From: Chiloscyllium plagiosum | Lineage: Eukaryota | Reading direction: 5' to 3' | NCBI RefSeq assembly: GCF_004010195.1 | Contig: NC_057749.1 | Span: forward strand, 18,656,487-18,720,486 | DNA length: 64,000 nt | In this document: one piece after another, positions 12,050 to 24,948 of the stretch | Layout: every line of letters starts with the position of its first letter | How positions within the stretch are numbered: position 1 is the stretch's first letter | Notes under the pieces: generated by a model | Seen by the model: only the letters and a program-made list of their open reading frames with translations | Database searches by the model: none | What the model was told of the DNA's origin: nothing | Position numbers and translations under genes: made by a program

Positions 12050-15000
12050 CTTGGGGGGAATTCAAGGTGGCGGCGACGCAGTAGGTCTGCTTTGCTGAGC
12101 CCTGCACCAGAGCCCAGACAAAGTGAGGCACTCATTCTCCCTTCACTGTCCAATTTGTTGAAAATAACTACTTGCTAACCCTTAGAGCTACTAACAATCT
12201 GATGCAGTTTAAAAGATGACGAAGGGGAAATGAGCACGGGGCTTGCATCAGGCAGGACTCCTCCCCTACAGCAACAGACGCACCCATGGCCACGACGTCG
12301 GCCTCCATGGCTGCCCCAGAGGACTCACCTGCAGAGTGGAGCCTGATCTCGGAGTGTGGGCCTTGGAGGAGCAGCTCGACAGCCTCGAAAAATCGAGGTT
12401 ATTGGAAGAACATCCGATTGCTGGGGCTTCCCAAATGGGAGGAAGAAGGCCAGCCTGTAAGCTTTCTGGAGCAATGGCTCGCACAGTTTCTAAGGCTGGA
12501 GGTTGAGGTAGGCTGGGTATGTGTCGAGCAGGTTCACTGGGCAATGTGCAGACCTGGATTGGATCAGCGCCCCCGCCCGGTCCTCGTGCAACTCCAGCAT
12601 TATAGAGATAAACAAATGATGCTGGAAGTTTCTAGAGCGCTGGGGAAGGAACCCCAGGCTATGGTATATAAAGGATCATGAATCATGCTTTTTCATGACT
12701 TTTCCCCAGTCGTGATTCACAAGAGGAAGGCCTTTGATGAGGTTAAAAAAGCAGCTGAGGGACCTGAATACCCAGTATTGCGTTAGATATCTGGTGATAC
12801 TGCATTTCAGCCATGCACGGTTCATGTTCAACATTGATTCACCGGAAAAGGCAGAGGACTTCTTGGATGCTCTAAAATAGACTGATTGGCCTGAATTATA
12901 TGGACAGTTATTCTATTCTGTTGTTTCTGTAATTTGCCTGGTTTACCTGGTTGTCAGGGGGTGATCTTGGTCTTCCTTTTAAGATATGTCGAGGTCATAA
13001 CTATCTCTTTTTTGTTTCCTCTCCCCTCTCTTCCCCTTCCCGTCATCCTTTGTTTGGATGGGGGGAGGGGTAGGGAGAGGATTTTTTTTTTGTTGTTCTA
13101 CCAGGAGTGCCTAGGATTACAGTATAGAGGAGATGGGTTGGGTGGCTACTTTTAACTTTCTTGTCATAAGATATTGGTATTATTTTCCTTATTTTGTGGG
13201 GGCATGGTCCCTTTTGCATAGTTGATTCTAGGACTGTTTCGAACAATCATGGCTAGCCATTCGTTTAAATAGTGCACCTGGAATGTTATGGGGAGTCACT
13301 CACCAATTAAGAGAGAAAAGATACTGTCAAGGCTTAGAAAAGAAAAGGTCGATGTAGCCTTGTTACAAGAAACGCAATTAATTGATAAGGAGCATTTGAA
13401 GTTGCAACAGGAAGGATTCGGACAGCTGCTTTTCTCATCTTTTAACTCGAAAAGCCGAGGAATGGGTATTCTCATTTGGAAGAACCTCCCGTTTCAAATG
13501 CCAGTCCAAATTAAGGATGAGTCTGGGTATTTCATAATATTTCAAGCCTTAATACATGGAGAGGAAAATGGGATTCTGAATATATATTGTCCCCCGACAC
13601 ATCCCTTTAAATTCGTAACAGATGCGCCTTCTAGACTGATGGGACACATCACACAATTATAGGGGGAGACCGCATTATTGACCCAGAGGTGGAGAGGATG
13701 CCTAGGAGTCTTGCGGGTATGTCTCCGCAATCCAGGCAGTTAGTGGACTTGAACAAGGAGTTGGGATTGGTGGATGAATGGAGATGTTGTCACCCCGAAG
13801 GTAGAGATTTTACGTTTTTTTCTAATCTACATAAGTGCTATAGCAGAATTGACATTTTTTTTTGTCCCATTGGCCTTTTTGAACTCAGTATTGTCCTGCA
13901 GAATAGGGAATACAGCCATTTCTGATCATGCAGCAGTGTATATGGAGGTCAAGGCCGGAGGTGGTGGGACGGGTTCCCGGCACTCGTGCATGGACCCTTT
14001 CCTCCTGAAAGATAGCAAGTTTATCGAGTAGTTTTTGCGAGAGAGTTTAAAATTTTTTGGGATATCAATTCAGTGCTGTTGGAGACTGCCAAGGCCTACG
14101 TATGGGGTATGATTATTTCTTACTATGCGACCCGGAAACGACAGAGGGGAGAACAGCAACGTTTGCTCGAGGCTCGCCTGAAGGCGGCTGAGTTAACATA
14201 CCTTGATAGGCCGTCCATAACGAAATTACAGCGGATTACATCCCTTAGGGCTACTTTGAATGCTGCATTCACCCAGACTGCAGCGAGGGGAATCTCTTGC
14301 GAAACAGAGGTTATTTGACTTTGGTGACAAACCGGGTAGATATCTAGCATACTTGGCCAGAAAGAAAAATGTCCCCCCCAATCTACTACATCCAGAGAGA
14401 GTGCTGGTACTCTTACTTGCAATGCCAAAAAGTTTAATGCAACATTTGGAAAGTTTTATTTAAAGCTGTATCAGTCAGAGAGCTGTGATGAAAATGGAGT
14501 CTTTCTTTCTTAAGAACTTGGACTTTTAGGGTGTAACCTCAGAGTAGGCATCCTTTTTGAGTGTCCCCCTGACAATTCAGGAAATTACAGGAGGCAGTAA
14601 GGCTGCTCCAGAGTGGTAAAACGCCCAGACCAGATGGATTTCAAAATGAATTTTATAAAGTCTTTATAGACAAGCTGGCCAGGCCACTCTTAGGATATGT
14701 ACAATTACTCATTCAGTCAGGGCTGCCTCCCATCTTCTTTAAGAGAAGCAAATATTTCTCTTATCCTTAAGAAATGAAAAGCCCCAGAAGATTGCACTTC
14801 GTGCAGGCCTATATCGTTACTGAAGGTGGATTTTAAAATCCTGTCGAAAATGTTAGTGTTAAGGCTGGAGAGGGTATTGCCTTTTATTGTAAAGGAGGAC
14901 CAGACAGGTTTTATTAAGGGCCATAGGTCTACCAATAATATTATAAGAGTATTAAACATGGTCCAAATATGTCAGCAAAGAGCAATGCTGGGTTTGGTAG

Positions 15001-15369
15001 TCTCCCTGGATGCAGAGAAAGCATTTGATTGGGTGGAATGGCCGTACCTCTTTTATGGTAAAAACAATGACTGCAGATGCTGGAAACCAGAATTTAGATT
15101 AGAGTGGTGCTGGAAAAGCACAGCAGTTCAGGCAGCATCCAAGAAGCAGTAAAATCGACGTTTCGGGCAAAAGCCCTTCATCTCTTTTATGTCATGGAAC
15201 AGTTTGGTCTTGTAGAGATTTTTACCAAATGAGTGGCAGTGATCCAAAAGCAGCGGTGCTCACTTATGGTATACGGTCAGATAGCTTTAGTGTCGGCAGA
15301 GACTGCTGTCAAGGGTATCCTCACTCACCATTACTATTTACATTGGTGACTGAGCCGCTGGCGACAAAA
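12050..15369 (+). mobile_element. L1-clade LINE, 5' intact, 3' truncated, decayed ORF1 and ORF2 (EN plus partial RT)
   Basis: 5' GGGGGGAATTCAAGGTGGCGGCG; ORF1 NIRLLGLP...RPRPVLVQLQHYRDK; EN VALLQETQL, YSRIDIFF, ISDHAAV; RT DFKILSKMLVLRLERVLPFIVKEDQTGFIKG, SLDAEKAFDWVEW, QGYPHSPLLFTLVTEPLA; then A-run; TSD AAACT(G/T)AAGGAAG. Confidence 0.88.
15058..15181 (-). mobile_element. Family-A hammerhead element inserted in the L1
   Basis: Minus strand GATGAAGGGCTTTTGCCCGAAACGTC; 10-bp TSD CTCTTTTATG (15048-15057, 15182-15191). Confidence 0.8.
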
Positions 15370-15763
15370 AAACTTAAGGAAGTGGAGTGGAAGGCACACC
15401 CCTGTCTGCATCAAGGTGCTGAGCGCCAATTTCCTGGTTCACCCACATTGACGCAACAGTCAAGAAAGCATAACCACTCTCCTTTCTCAGGAGGCAAAGG
15501 ACATTTGGCAGGTTTGCAAAAACTCTCACCAATCTTTACAGATGCACCACAGAAAGCATCCTAACCAGATACGTCACCACATCACATGGCAACACTTCTT
15601 CCCAAACCGCAAGATACCAAACAGAGTCGTGAACACAGCCCAGTCCATCGCACAAACCAGCCTTCCATCCATTGACTCCATCTATACTTCCTGCTGCCTC
15701 AGGGAAGCAACCAACATCACAAAGACCCCTCCCACCCTGGTTACATTCTCTTCCATCGGGCAG

Positions 15764-15937
15764 GAGAAAGGTGAGGACTATAGATGCTGGAGATCAGAGT
15801 CAAAGAGTGTGGTGCTAGAAAAGCACAGACGGTCAGACAGCATCTAAGGAGCAGGAGAATTGACATTTCAGGCTGAAACATAGATTCTCCTTTCCTCAGA
15901 TGCTGCCTGACTGTGCTTTTCCAGCACCACTCTTCGA
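15764..15937. mobile_element. Family-A palindromic element inserted in the Rex1/Babar copy
   Basis: Inverted arms; 16-bp TSD CTCTTCCATCGGGCAG (15748-15763, 15938-15953). Confidence 0.8.
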
Positions 15938-16493
15938 CTCTTCCATCGGGCAGAAGAGATAATAGTTTGAATACATGTACAAATAGATTCAAGAACAACT
16001 TCTTCCCCGCTGTTGTCGGACATTTGAATGGACCTCTCAAATGTTAATATTGATCTCTCCCTGCACCTTCTCTGTGGTTGTAACATGGTATTCTACACTC
16101 CGCTCTGCTACCCTGATGCACTTTGTATAGTATGATCTGCCAGTACAACACCCTAACTAACGCAACACTGCATCTCAGTATATGTGACAACAATAAATCA
16201 AACTTAAATGTCCTGTACAACCACAACACGACTTCCCAACTGCTATACTCAATGTCTCTGACCAATTAAGGCGAGCATGCCAAACGTCTTCTCCAGCACC
16301 CTGGCTATGTATAATGTCACTTTCAAGGAACTGTGTACCTGAACCCCTAGGTCTGCCTTATTCAACAACACTCCCCAGGGCCCTACCTCTGATCAGTTAT
16401 TTTGGCACAAGCAGGACTAAAGCTGGTCTGTAGAGCTCAGCTGCTGATTCAATAAAGCCAAAGCTTTCTGTGTTTGCTATGTTACAGCCAAAC

Positions 16494-16709
16494 CTGCTAT
16501 AATATTGATCCAAAGAACCCTGATCTTCAAAGATCCTCCTTCCAGCGAAGTCTATTGTGATCTGTTTTGTTCGACGGGATGCGTGTCGGAGCTCCCTTAA
16601 TTCTTCTTCTCTCTTGCGTAATGCCTCCCTTTCCTGTTTGGAGAGCCACTGGTTGGTATCTGCGGCAAAGTAATCAGACTCATCGTCAATTACCTGCGTC
16701 CGGCGAGCA
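16494..16709 (-). CDS. TRIP4: TRIP4 coding exon 7 (216 nt)
   Basis: SARRTQVIDDESDYFAADTNQWLSKQEREALRKREEELRELRHASRRTKQITIDFAGRRIFEDQGSLDQYYS(R); acceptor gtgttttgcag, donor CAG|GTTTGG; phase 2 to 2. Confidence 0.96.
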
Positions 16710-17859
16710 CTGCAAAACACAAATGGATCCAGTTAATTGAGCAGCACACACACTTGACAATGAGACTAACCTTCAAACTATCAAATACTTAAATAGCTAA
16801 TTATTTGTATACTAAGTGCAACACCACTGCATCAAATTCCATTTGCCCATCACTCCCCTGATCATTGACAGACATTTGCTCCTGGTGCAGTGACAAGTCA
16901 TTTAAAACTCTCAGCATTGTTCTCAAACCTATGCTTATTTTTCTGTCACCTCCTTCAACCCTATGACCTTCTGGGACATTGGCACTCCATTGCTCCAGTC
17001 ATGGTGGCTGTGCCTTCAGTTAGGTAAGCACCAAGCTCTTGTAATGGCCTTCCTCAATTTCTGTACCTGCTCTACTCAAGGCGCCCCAAAAATCTCTGTC
17101 GATAAGCTTTCAATCACGTTTTGCTTTTCATGGAACGTGCTGGAGTCTTTGTCCCACGCTCAGCAGCAGAAATTGATCTTTACTCAGAGCTCCTTACCAT
17201 GCAGCCTGAGAGAGGCCTTTGAAGATAGACTGGAGCACATTACCCTTCTTCCAATGGTGTACAGAATATTTACATACTCCACATTAAAATTATTACAGAA
17301 GGTGTGCATGCAACAATGATATCAGCACTTGTCGCTTGCCCTCTAATCATTATTCCCCACCCCAGCTGCATTGTACTGAGTGGTTGCTGTTGGCTACCTT
17401 GTGAAGCTCTGGTTATTTGCCCAAGGTAATATGTTTTGCAATTGCCCCCTTACAATGCTGTTTTCCAGTGTTCTTTCATGAAATTATTTGTTTATACCCT
17501 TCATTTTACATCATTCGGTCCTTGGCATTTATATCATTCATTCTTCAATGAACAAAATTGTGCCCCCCATCTCTGAAAAGTGTTTCCTAGCTTCTTTTCA
17601 TGGGAAGCCGGCAGACAGGATAATCAATACTGCATCCCCAAATGGATTTGGCAACTAGATTCTTCTCGCTTCCCTGGTCCCGGAGAACAAAAGGTTGAAC
17701 ACAACTGCCAGGTCTCACTAAAACTGGCAACCATTACGATCAACTTTAATTTATTTTTCTAATTGACAGCAGTCATACAATATGCTGTGTTAATGCCTGG
17801 TCGATCTCATTAAGGTTTATTGATATCTTTGTTCAGATTAAGAGATAGGAATTGCCTTT

Positions 17860-19640
17860 CAGCACGAAAGGAGTAGCTAGGGTGAGTATAGGGCTCATTA
17901 AAGATCAGCAAGGCCACCTATGTATGGAACCACAGGAGATTGGGAGATACTAAATGAGTATTTTGCATCAGTGTTTACTGTGCAGAAGGATATAGAAGCT
18001 AGAGAACTTGGGGAAATAAATAACAATATCTTGAAAAGTATTCACATTACAGAAGTGGTAATGTTGGATGTCTTCAAGTGCATAAAGGTGGATAAATCCT
18101 CAGGATTTGATTAGGTGTACCCGAGAACTCTGTGGGAAGCTAGGGAAGTGATTGCTGGGCCTCTTGCTGAGATTTGTTTTATCAATAGCCACAAATGAGG
18201 TGCCAGAAGATTGGAGGTTGGCTAATGTGGCGCTACTATTTAAGAAAGGCAGTAAGGAAAAGCTGGGGAACTATGGACTGCTAAGCCTGACATAAGTGGT
18301 GGGCAATTTGTTGGAGGGGACCCTGAGGGACAGGATTTGTGTGTATTTGGAAAGGCAAGGACTGATTAGGGCTGGTCAACATGGCTTTGTGTATGGAAAA
18401 TCATGTCTACTAACTTGATTGAGTTTTTCTGAAGATGTGTAAGAGAAGATTGAAGAAGGTAGAGCAGTGGACGTGGTCTGTATGGATGTCAGTAAGGCGT
18501 TTGACAAGATTCCACATGGTAGACTGGTCAGCAAAGTTAGATCACATGGAATACGGGGAGAACCAGCCATTTGGATACATAACTGGTTCAAAGATAGAAG
18601 ACAGAGGGTGATGTGGAGGGTTGCTTTTCGGACTGGAGGCCTGTGACCAGCGGTGTGCCACAAGCATCAGGGCTGGGTCCACTGTTTTTTGTTATGTATA
18701 TGAATGATCTGCATGTGAATGTAGGACTAATGGATAGTAGGTTTACAGTTAACACCAAAATTGGAGGTGTAGTGGCCAGCAAAGAAGGTTACCTCAGAGT
18801 ACAATAGGATCTTGATCAGATGGGCCAAGGAGTGGCAGATGGGGTTTAATTTAGACAAATGTGAGATACTCCATTTTAGAAAGGCAAATCAGGGCAGGAC
18901 TTCTACACTTAATAGTAAGGTCTTGGGGAGTGTCGCTGAACAAAAAGAGACCTTGGAGTGCAGGTTCATAGTTCCTTGAAAGTGGAGTGTAGGTAGACAG
19001 GATAGTGAAGAAGGCGTTTGGTCTGCTTTCCTTTATTGGTCAGTGCAGGAGTTGGGAGGTCATGTTGCAGCTGTACAGGACATTGATTAGATTACTTTCT
19101 GAATACTGCATGCAGTTCTGATCTCCCTGCTATGGGAAGAATGTTGTGAAACTTGAAACGGTTTTCAGAAAAGAATTTACAAGGATGTTGCCTGGGTTGG
19201 AAGATTTGAGCTATAGGGAGAGGCTGAATAGGCTGGGACTGTTTTCCCACAGCACTGGAAGCTGGCAGGTGACTTTATACAGGTTTATAAAATCATGAAG
19301 GGCATGGATAGGGTAAATAGTCAAGGTCTTTTCCCCACTTTTTGTGGGAGTACAAGACTAAAGGGCTGAGGTTTAAGGTGAGATGGGAAAGATTTAAAAG
19401 TGACCTCAGAGACAACTTTTTTCCATGCAAAGGGTGATGAGTGTATGGAATGAGCTGCCAGAGAAAGTGCTGGATGCTGGACAATTACAACATTTAAAAG
19501 GCATCTGAATGGGTATATGAATAGGAAGAATAGAATGGGCCAAACGCTGGCAAATGGGATTAGATTAATTTAGGACATCTCGTCAGAATGGACGAGTTGG
19601 ACCGAAGGATTTGTTTCCATGCTGTACATCTCTGTGACTC
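17860..19640 (+). mobile_element. CR1 LINE ORF2 (RT) with complete 3' tail
   Basis: EILNEYFASVFT, EGCFSDWRPVTSGVPQ; tail ends GCTGTACATCTCTGTGACTC; many frameshifts. Confidence 0.9.
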
Positions 19641-20623
19641 CAAGACATGAGGAGGAGGAGCTGTGCCACAGGGTGTCAGTCAATGGAGGTAATTCTGTGC
19701 AAATCAATTAACTCTCTCCCCAAACAAAATGCGCATGGCTTGGTTTCTATCTCACCAACAGGTATGAAATGTATTAACATGTGGTAGCATAAAAGCACTT
19801 CCAGCCTGACAACTGGTGTAAGTGTCTTGAAACCCCATGGAATAAAGTGGACATGGAGAAGGCAGGGACAAGAAAATGATAGGTTGAGAAACACAGCCTG
19901 TTCCTACAAGGACAATCTATTTGCAAAGTACTTGCTTACAAATGAGTCAACTGCATTGCTCATGTCAGAAATGGTGTTAGAAGTTCAGGAGACAATCACA
20001 GAGGTTATCCATGTACTAATAGAAAATGTATAATGTACAGCCACTTAACAGGATTCTAATTACCTGGTTTACTACCTATCTGTCCCTTGCAGCCCACAGT
20101 TACTCTAATTATCAAACTGGTGTAATGAACACAGGAACAGGAGAAGGCTATTCAGTTAAATGACGAGGGCTTGCATCCCAATTTCAACTTGGTTTCATAT
20201 TCTTGTTAGCCTTCATTTCTCGTAGCCTTAGTTCTATATTCCAACTATAAAGGAAAGAGTTTTGCTCTATCTAACTTATTAAACCCTCTAAATTATATTA
20301 AACAGAAAATTAGAGTATGTTTAGTCCTCTCAGCAAGCAAATCCAAGCCTAGTGTCAGCACAGAGTCTTCCTATTTTAGCTCTTTTAATCCCGCAAATAT
20401 TTCTGAAGAAGCTTCACTAGGCTCAAAACATTAACTCTACTTTCTTTTCACAGATACTGCCAGAACTGCTGAGTTTCTCCAATAATTTCCATTTGTTTCA
20501 GATCTCCATTGTTCTTTGTTTACTTGTAGAATAGGAGATTGTTCTAGCTCAATAAATTTACAACAGTATTTCCAAAATGATTTCGCTATTTAGCCATTCA
20601 TTACCTCAGCCTCTCTCTCTTAC

Positions 20624-20738
20624 CTGGTCTTGTCATATTCCAATAGTTTGTCTTTGTGTTTAATAGCTTTTTCCAGTCCAGCTTTCAAAACCATTTCCTG
20701 ATGAGGCAGCAGATCCCGCTCAAAGATGTCAGGATTCC
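20624..20738 (-). CDS. TRIP4: TRIP4 coding exon 6 (115 nt)
   Basis: GNPDIFERDLLPHQEMVLKAGLEKAIKHKDKLLEYDKT(S); acceptor tttttcacgtgcag, donor CAG|GTAAGA; phase 1 to 2. Not in the ORF track. Confidence 0.94.
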
Positions 20739-21293
20739 CTGCACGTGAAAAAGATTAACAGGCTTCAAGTTACTCTTATTACATTGGAACAGTAAAATAT
20801 TTGATGTAGGTTATAAAATAGAGTCAAGTGTTATTGCAAAGTTTGCATGGAATGGTGTGCCCAATATAATTAAACATTCTGACCCAGAAGACTTTAAAAC
20901 TACATCCCATCTGCTATATATAGCAAAGTCAAGTGCTTTAACTACTGAAAACATGTTTTACAATCTTGTTATATACTTAAGACAAAATATCGTGCTTCAC
21001 ACAGCTAATTTCATCATTCCAAGTTGTGCTACAACTGCCTTTCAACAATTCAAGCACATTAAATTTTCACAAATAACTATGCGATAAAATTCAAATTGTC
21101 TTGCTGACCGAGGGAAAAATGGTGGCCAGGTCACATTGCATTCATGGTCTCCTTTGACATAGTGCCATATAATCTTTTCTGTTCACTGGAAAAAGCAGAA
21201 GGCCTCTCTGTTTAAAACATTACCCAAAGGATGGCATATCCTGCCGGACAGTGCTCCCTCATGCTATGAATTCCATGGAGATCAACCAAGTAA

Positions 21294-22045
21294 AGTGATG
21301 ACAGGATTTTATTTTTTTATGTTTTTTTTTCTAGTCAAAGCAAATTCAAAGTCAGTGCAAGCAGTATGAAGTTGTACTGTACCTTTAAGGGAGCTGAAAC
21401 TTCTGGCTGGCACAGAGAGTGTGCTGAAAAATTTTAAAATATAACATTTGGTTGTGAAACAAATAGCTGGAGCTGTGTTGCCAAATTCGGCCAATCAGTT
21501 TAAATTATGCCCCAGATACCAAAATCCAATCGAGTTTGAATTTTACTGTTTTGGATGACATCAAACCAATGAGCCGGTCCGATGTTTTGGGGCATGTAAA
21601 ATCGGGTATTTTGAACATCTGGGGAGAATAGCAAAGAGCAGCCAAGCACCAACAGACTGCCAACAGAATAGCTCTCAAAGATACCTATCCATAAGAAAGT
21701 TGTGCAGCAGAAGATCGAAGATAACCTAGAGGAATCTACAGAGAAAGTTCGACATCCGAAGACAACAACTGGCTTTAAAAATTGATTTGCTGTAAATTTA
21801 AGAGGGAATTTATCGGACCAGTACTGTAGAGTGGGAGGTAAAAAATAGGTTTAAGAGAAAGGAGTTGTATAGTTGTTGTTTAATGTTCTCTTTTGGACTT
21901 AAAAAATAAAATTGTTAATTTTTTCTTTAAATAGTGGAATTTGGGTGGTTCTTTGTCACTCATACTTTGACAGATTACAAGGCGAGGTGAGCTCTTCTGT
22001 GTGTCTGGTTTAAATTAGCAGAAGGGTTTATCCCGTATCGTAGCA
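21294..22045 (+). mobile_element. Putative solo LTR
   Basis: CCAAT motifs, AATAAA (~21905), end ...TATCGTAGCA loosely complementary to start AGTGATGACA; flanks CAAGTAA / CAAGTTA. Left boundary uncertain. Confidence 0.4.
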
Positions 22046-23389
22046 CAAGTTACATTACATAGAAGATATACCTCAAAACTTCCCAGGCATGTATGGCACC
22101 AAACAGTCCTGGATTCAAGATGCACAACACCAGAGATTGTAATAACATCTCTGAACAGATTGGCTAGAAAGATTTTTTTTCCAGTCAATGTCCTTCAAAG
22201 CTGTGAACTTACTCAGGCAGAAGGATATGATCACAATTTCTCATTTGACAATAATTTCCAATCAACTGCAGTTGCACAGATATGACCGTCATCAAAACTA
22301 CACACTTCTTCTAACTAGCCTCAGCTCTGAACATTAAAGTCATGGGTCCCACCAGAACTGCCCTTATCCAAACCCTCAGCAACACTCCTGATCTATGTGA
22401 CTGATTCTGGTCAATCAGTCCCTTTGAAATATCTGACCCAGCAACAAGAACTTTATCATTCCTCATTTCCACTCCAGAGCCACTCTTCGTATTCAGTTTT
22501 CTTCCCCCAACTACACCACAACCTCCTCTGCCCTTGTAAGAGATGGTCTCCTGAGCTAGTTTTTAAGCCAGCATGTGGACCTGTCTTCATATCCCATTTT
22601 TCCATGTCAAATGATATCTTAATACACTCCTCATAAAGAGATCAATTCCAAATCTTTCAATCTGTCATAAACACGTTTGCAAATCCACATTGACTCCAAC
22701 AGCCACCGAATATTCTGGGCTAAACCTCTCTCAACACTGTACAATGACACAGATCTTACTGAGAGCAACCCCTTGCTCTCATTTCGTTTCTGCGCAGTCA
22801 ATTCCCTGCTCAGAGGCTGCTGCTTTACACGAGCACATCTGCAGAGCAGGGCAGCAGGAACTAAAAACCAGTGACAAAGAGTCCTTAACCTGTTTCTACC
22901 TGTCAGAGCGAAAGTGCAACTTGACAAGAAAACAAGTGAATGATTGCTGGTTATTTCTTCCATGCCTCTTTTGATTGGTCAATAAATCCAGAGAAGTACT
23001 GTAGTGAAGAGTGCTGTTGGAAATACACTATTAAAATACTTACAAAGCAGTCCGCCTGAGTGGCACCACACCCACAAGCATCCACACCCTCCACGACTGA
23101 CCCATAGTGCACACAGCTGCTAATATCCACAAGATGCACTACAGAAATTCACCCCGGATCCTCAGGTAGCACTTTCTAAATCCATGATCACTTCCATATG
23201 GAAGAACAAGGGCAGCAGATACACAGGAACACCACCAGCTGCAAGTTCCCCTCACCATCCTGACTTGGAAACATATCATAGCTCCTTCACTACCCTTCGG
23301 TCAAAATCCTACATTCCCTCTCGAAGGACATTGTGGGTCTACCTACAGCACATGGATTGCAACGTCCATGGTGTCAATGGAGTGGAGAA

Positions 23390-23735
23390 AGAAAAAGGAA
23401 ATACTCCAGTAATAGGGGATAACGTAGTTAGGGGAATAGATGCTGTTCTCAGCAGAGACGGAGTGTCCTAAAGGCTGTGTTGCCCACATGGTGTCAAGGT
23501 TCAGGACATCTCCTCTGAACTAGAAAGAAACTTAAGAATGGGATGGTAAGGATCCAATCGCTGCAGTTCACTTAGGTACCAACAACACAGGTATGGCTTT
23601 GAAAGAGGTTCTGCTCAGGGATTCCAAGAAGCCTAAGGCCAAGATAGAAAGAAGAACCACAAAGGTAATAATATCCAGATTACTACCTAAACCACATGCA
23701 AATTGGTGTCGGGTAAATAAGATTGGAGGTGTAAA
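23390..23735 (+). mobile_element. CR1 ORF1 SGNH-esterase fragment (similar piece ~42440-42820)
   Basis: VIGDNVVRGID...CCPHGVKVQDIS...VHLGTNNTG motifs. Confidence 0.65.
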
Positions 23736-24768
23736 GGATTTTAAAGAAGTATTAACTCACAACATTTACTAAATATTGGTGATCAGCTTTCCAGCTGGGA
23801 AGGCAGTCAAGCAATTTGTTCTTAGGCCACAACCACCATTTCAGGAAACGTATCTCAAGTTGTTTGCCTTTCAACTACGCCCTCATCTTCTTCCTCCCCC
23901 TTACTATAACAAGTGGCATCTATCTAAGGAGCTGGTGGATCTATAACTGAACTGAACAGGAGTTACTTCTTAGACAGACACTGACTGCGCCCTTAGTGCA
24001 GAGAAAACAGAAGATTTGTTTTTGCCATTGCAGTAGCAGGTATTACCCTCATTGTGCACAAAGCTGCAGTCTCTGTGACATCCACACCAGTAATGTCACA
24101 GTCAGCGATTCAGCAGGATTTGGGAAATGGCTTCATAGTTAAAAGTTTAATCTGTGAGCCTGTGAGATAACTGTTGACTCAGGTGTGCCAGAAAGAGCCC
24201 ATGGTGCCTCACCCAGCATCTCACCGACTGCCCCACTCCTTGTGCAAAGTGGCAAGTAAAAGGAACAGAGGAGGCAGTGGAATAGCAAGGGAGACACAGC
24301 AACAATGACCATACCAGTTTTGGTTCAGATTCCATTGCAGCGCAGGTACATAATAAAAATGTCAACAACTTCCTGTTCAACTACATTCACCAGAAATACA
24401 CTCAAAAATTAAATGGAGACTTGTGAAATGGTCAAAAGCTTAAAGTGTTTTGATCACTTCTCCTTATTAAATGTTTCCAATACCAGAATGATATGAAATG
24501 TACTGATTAACAGCATGGTGGAAGCAGATTCAACAGTAACTTTCAAAAACTAACTGGATAAATACTTGGAAGGGACAGGACTTACTGAATTATGGGGTGA
24601 GAGCCAGGGAGTGGGAATATACGACGACAACTGAAAACAATTGTTGATTCTAATTAGCACATAAGCAGAGAATAGGAATATTCAGAAAACTAGAAGCATC
24701 TGTGATAAGGAATAATCAAGGAGAACGATATCATACTATAGAGTTACTGTTCCAGACAAGATTTGGAA

Positions 24769-24948
24769 GTGCGGGTGTTTGAGGTGTACAAAGTTAAAAG
24801 TCACCCAACACCAGGTTATAGTCCAACAGGTTTATTTGGAAGCACTAGCTTTCAGTGTCCACAACCACCTGATGAAGGAGCAGTGCTCTGAGTGCTTCCA
24901 AATAAACCTGTTGGACTATAACCTGGTGTTGTGTGATTTTTAACTTTA
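24769..24948. mobile_element. Family-B palindromic hammerhead element
   Basis: Inverted arms AAAGTTAAAA.TCAC.CAACACCAGGTTATAGTCCAACAGGTTTATTTGGAAGCAC around CACCTGATGAAGGAGCAGTGCTCTGAG (core partly deleted). Confidence 0.8.

Larger units (their letters stand above)
11369..16207 (+). mobile_element. Rex1/Babar-type LINE (RT and 3' tail), split by an L1
   Basis: [11 protein letters not shown]...[35 protein letters not shown]; 3' tail ending TGTGACAACAATAAATCAAA. Confidence 0.8.
11250..16390 (-). mobile_element. CR1 fragment split into 11250-11368 and 16208-16390 by a Rex1/Babar insertion
   Basis: Reverse-strand CR1 3' ORF2 sequence is contiguous across the junction (...CCTCACCAACAAT / TGTCCTGTACAACCAC...). 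Confidence 0.7.

Noticed and set aside
16688..16709. Cryptic donor CAG|GTAATT 16 nt into exon 7
   Set aside because: Explained by conserved TQVID coding; its use would shift the frame, and nothing in the sequence supports it.
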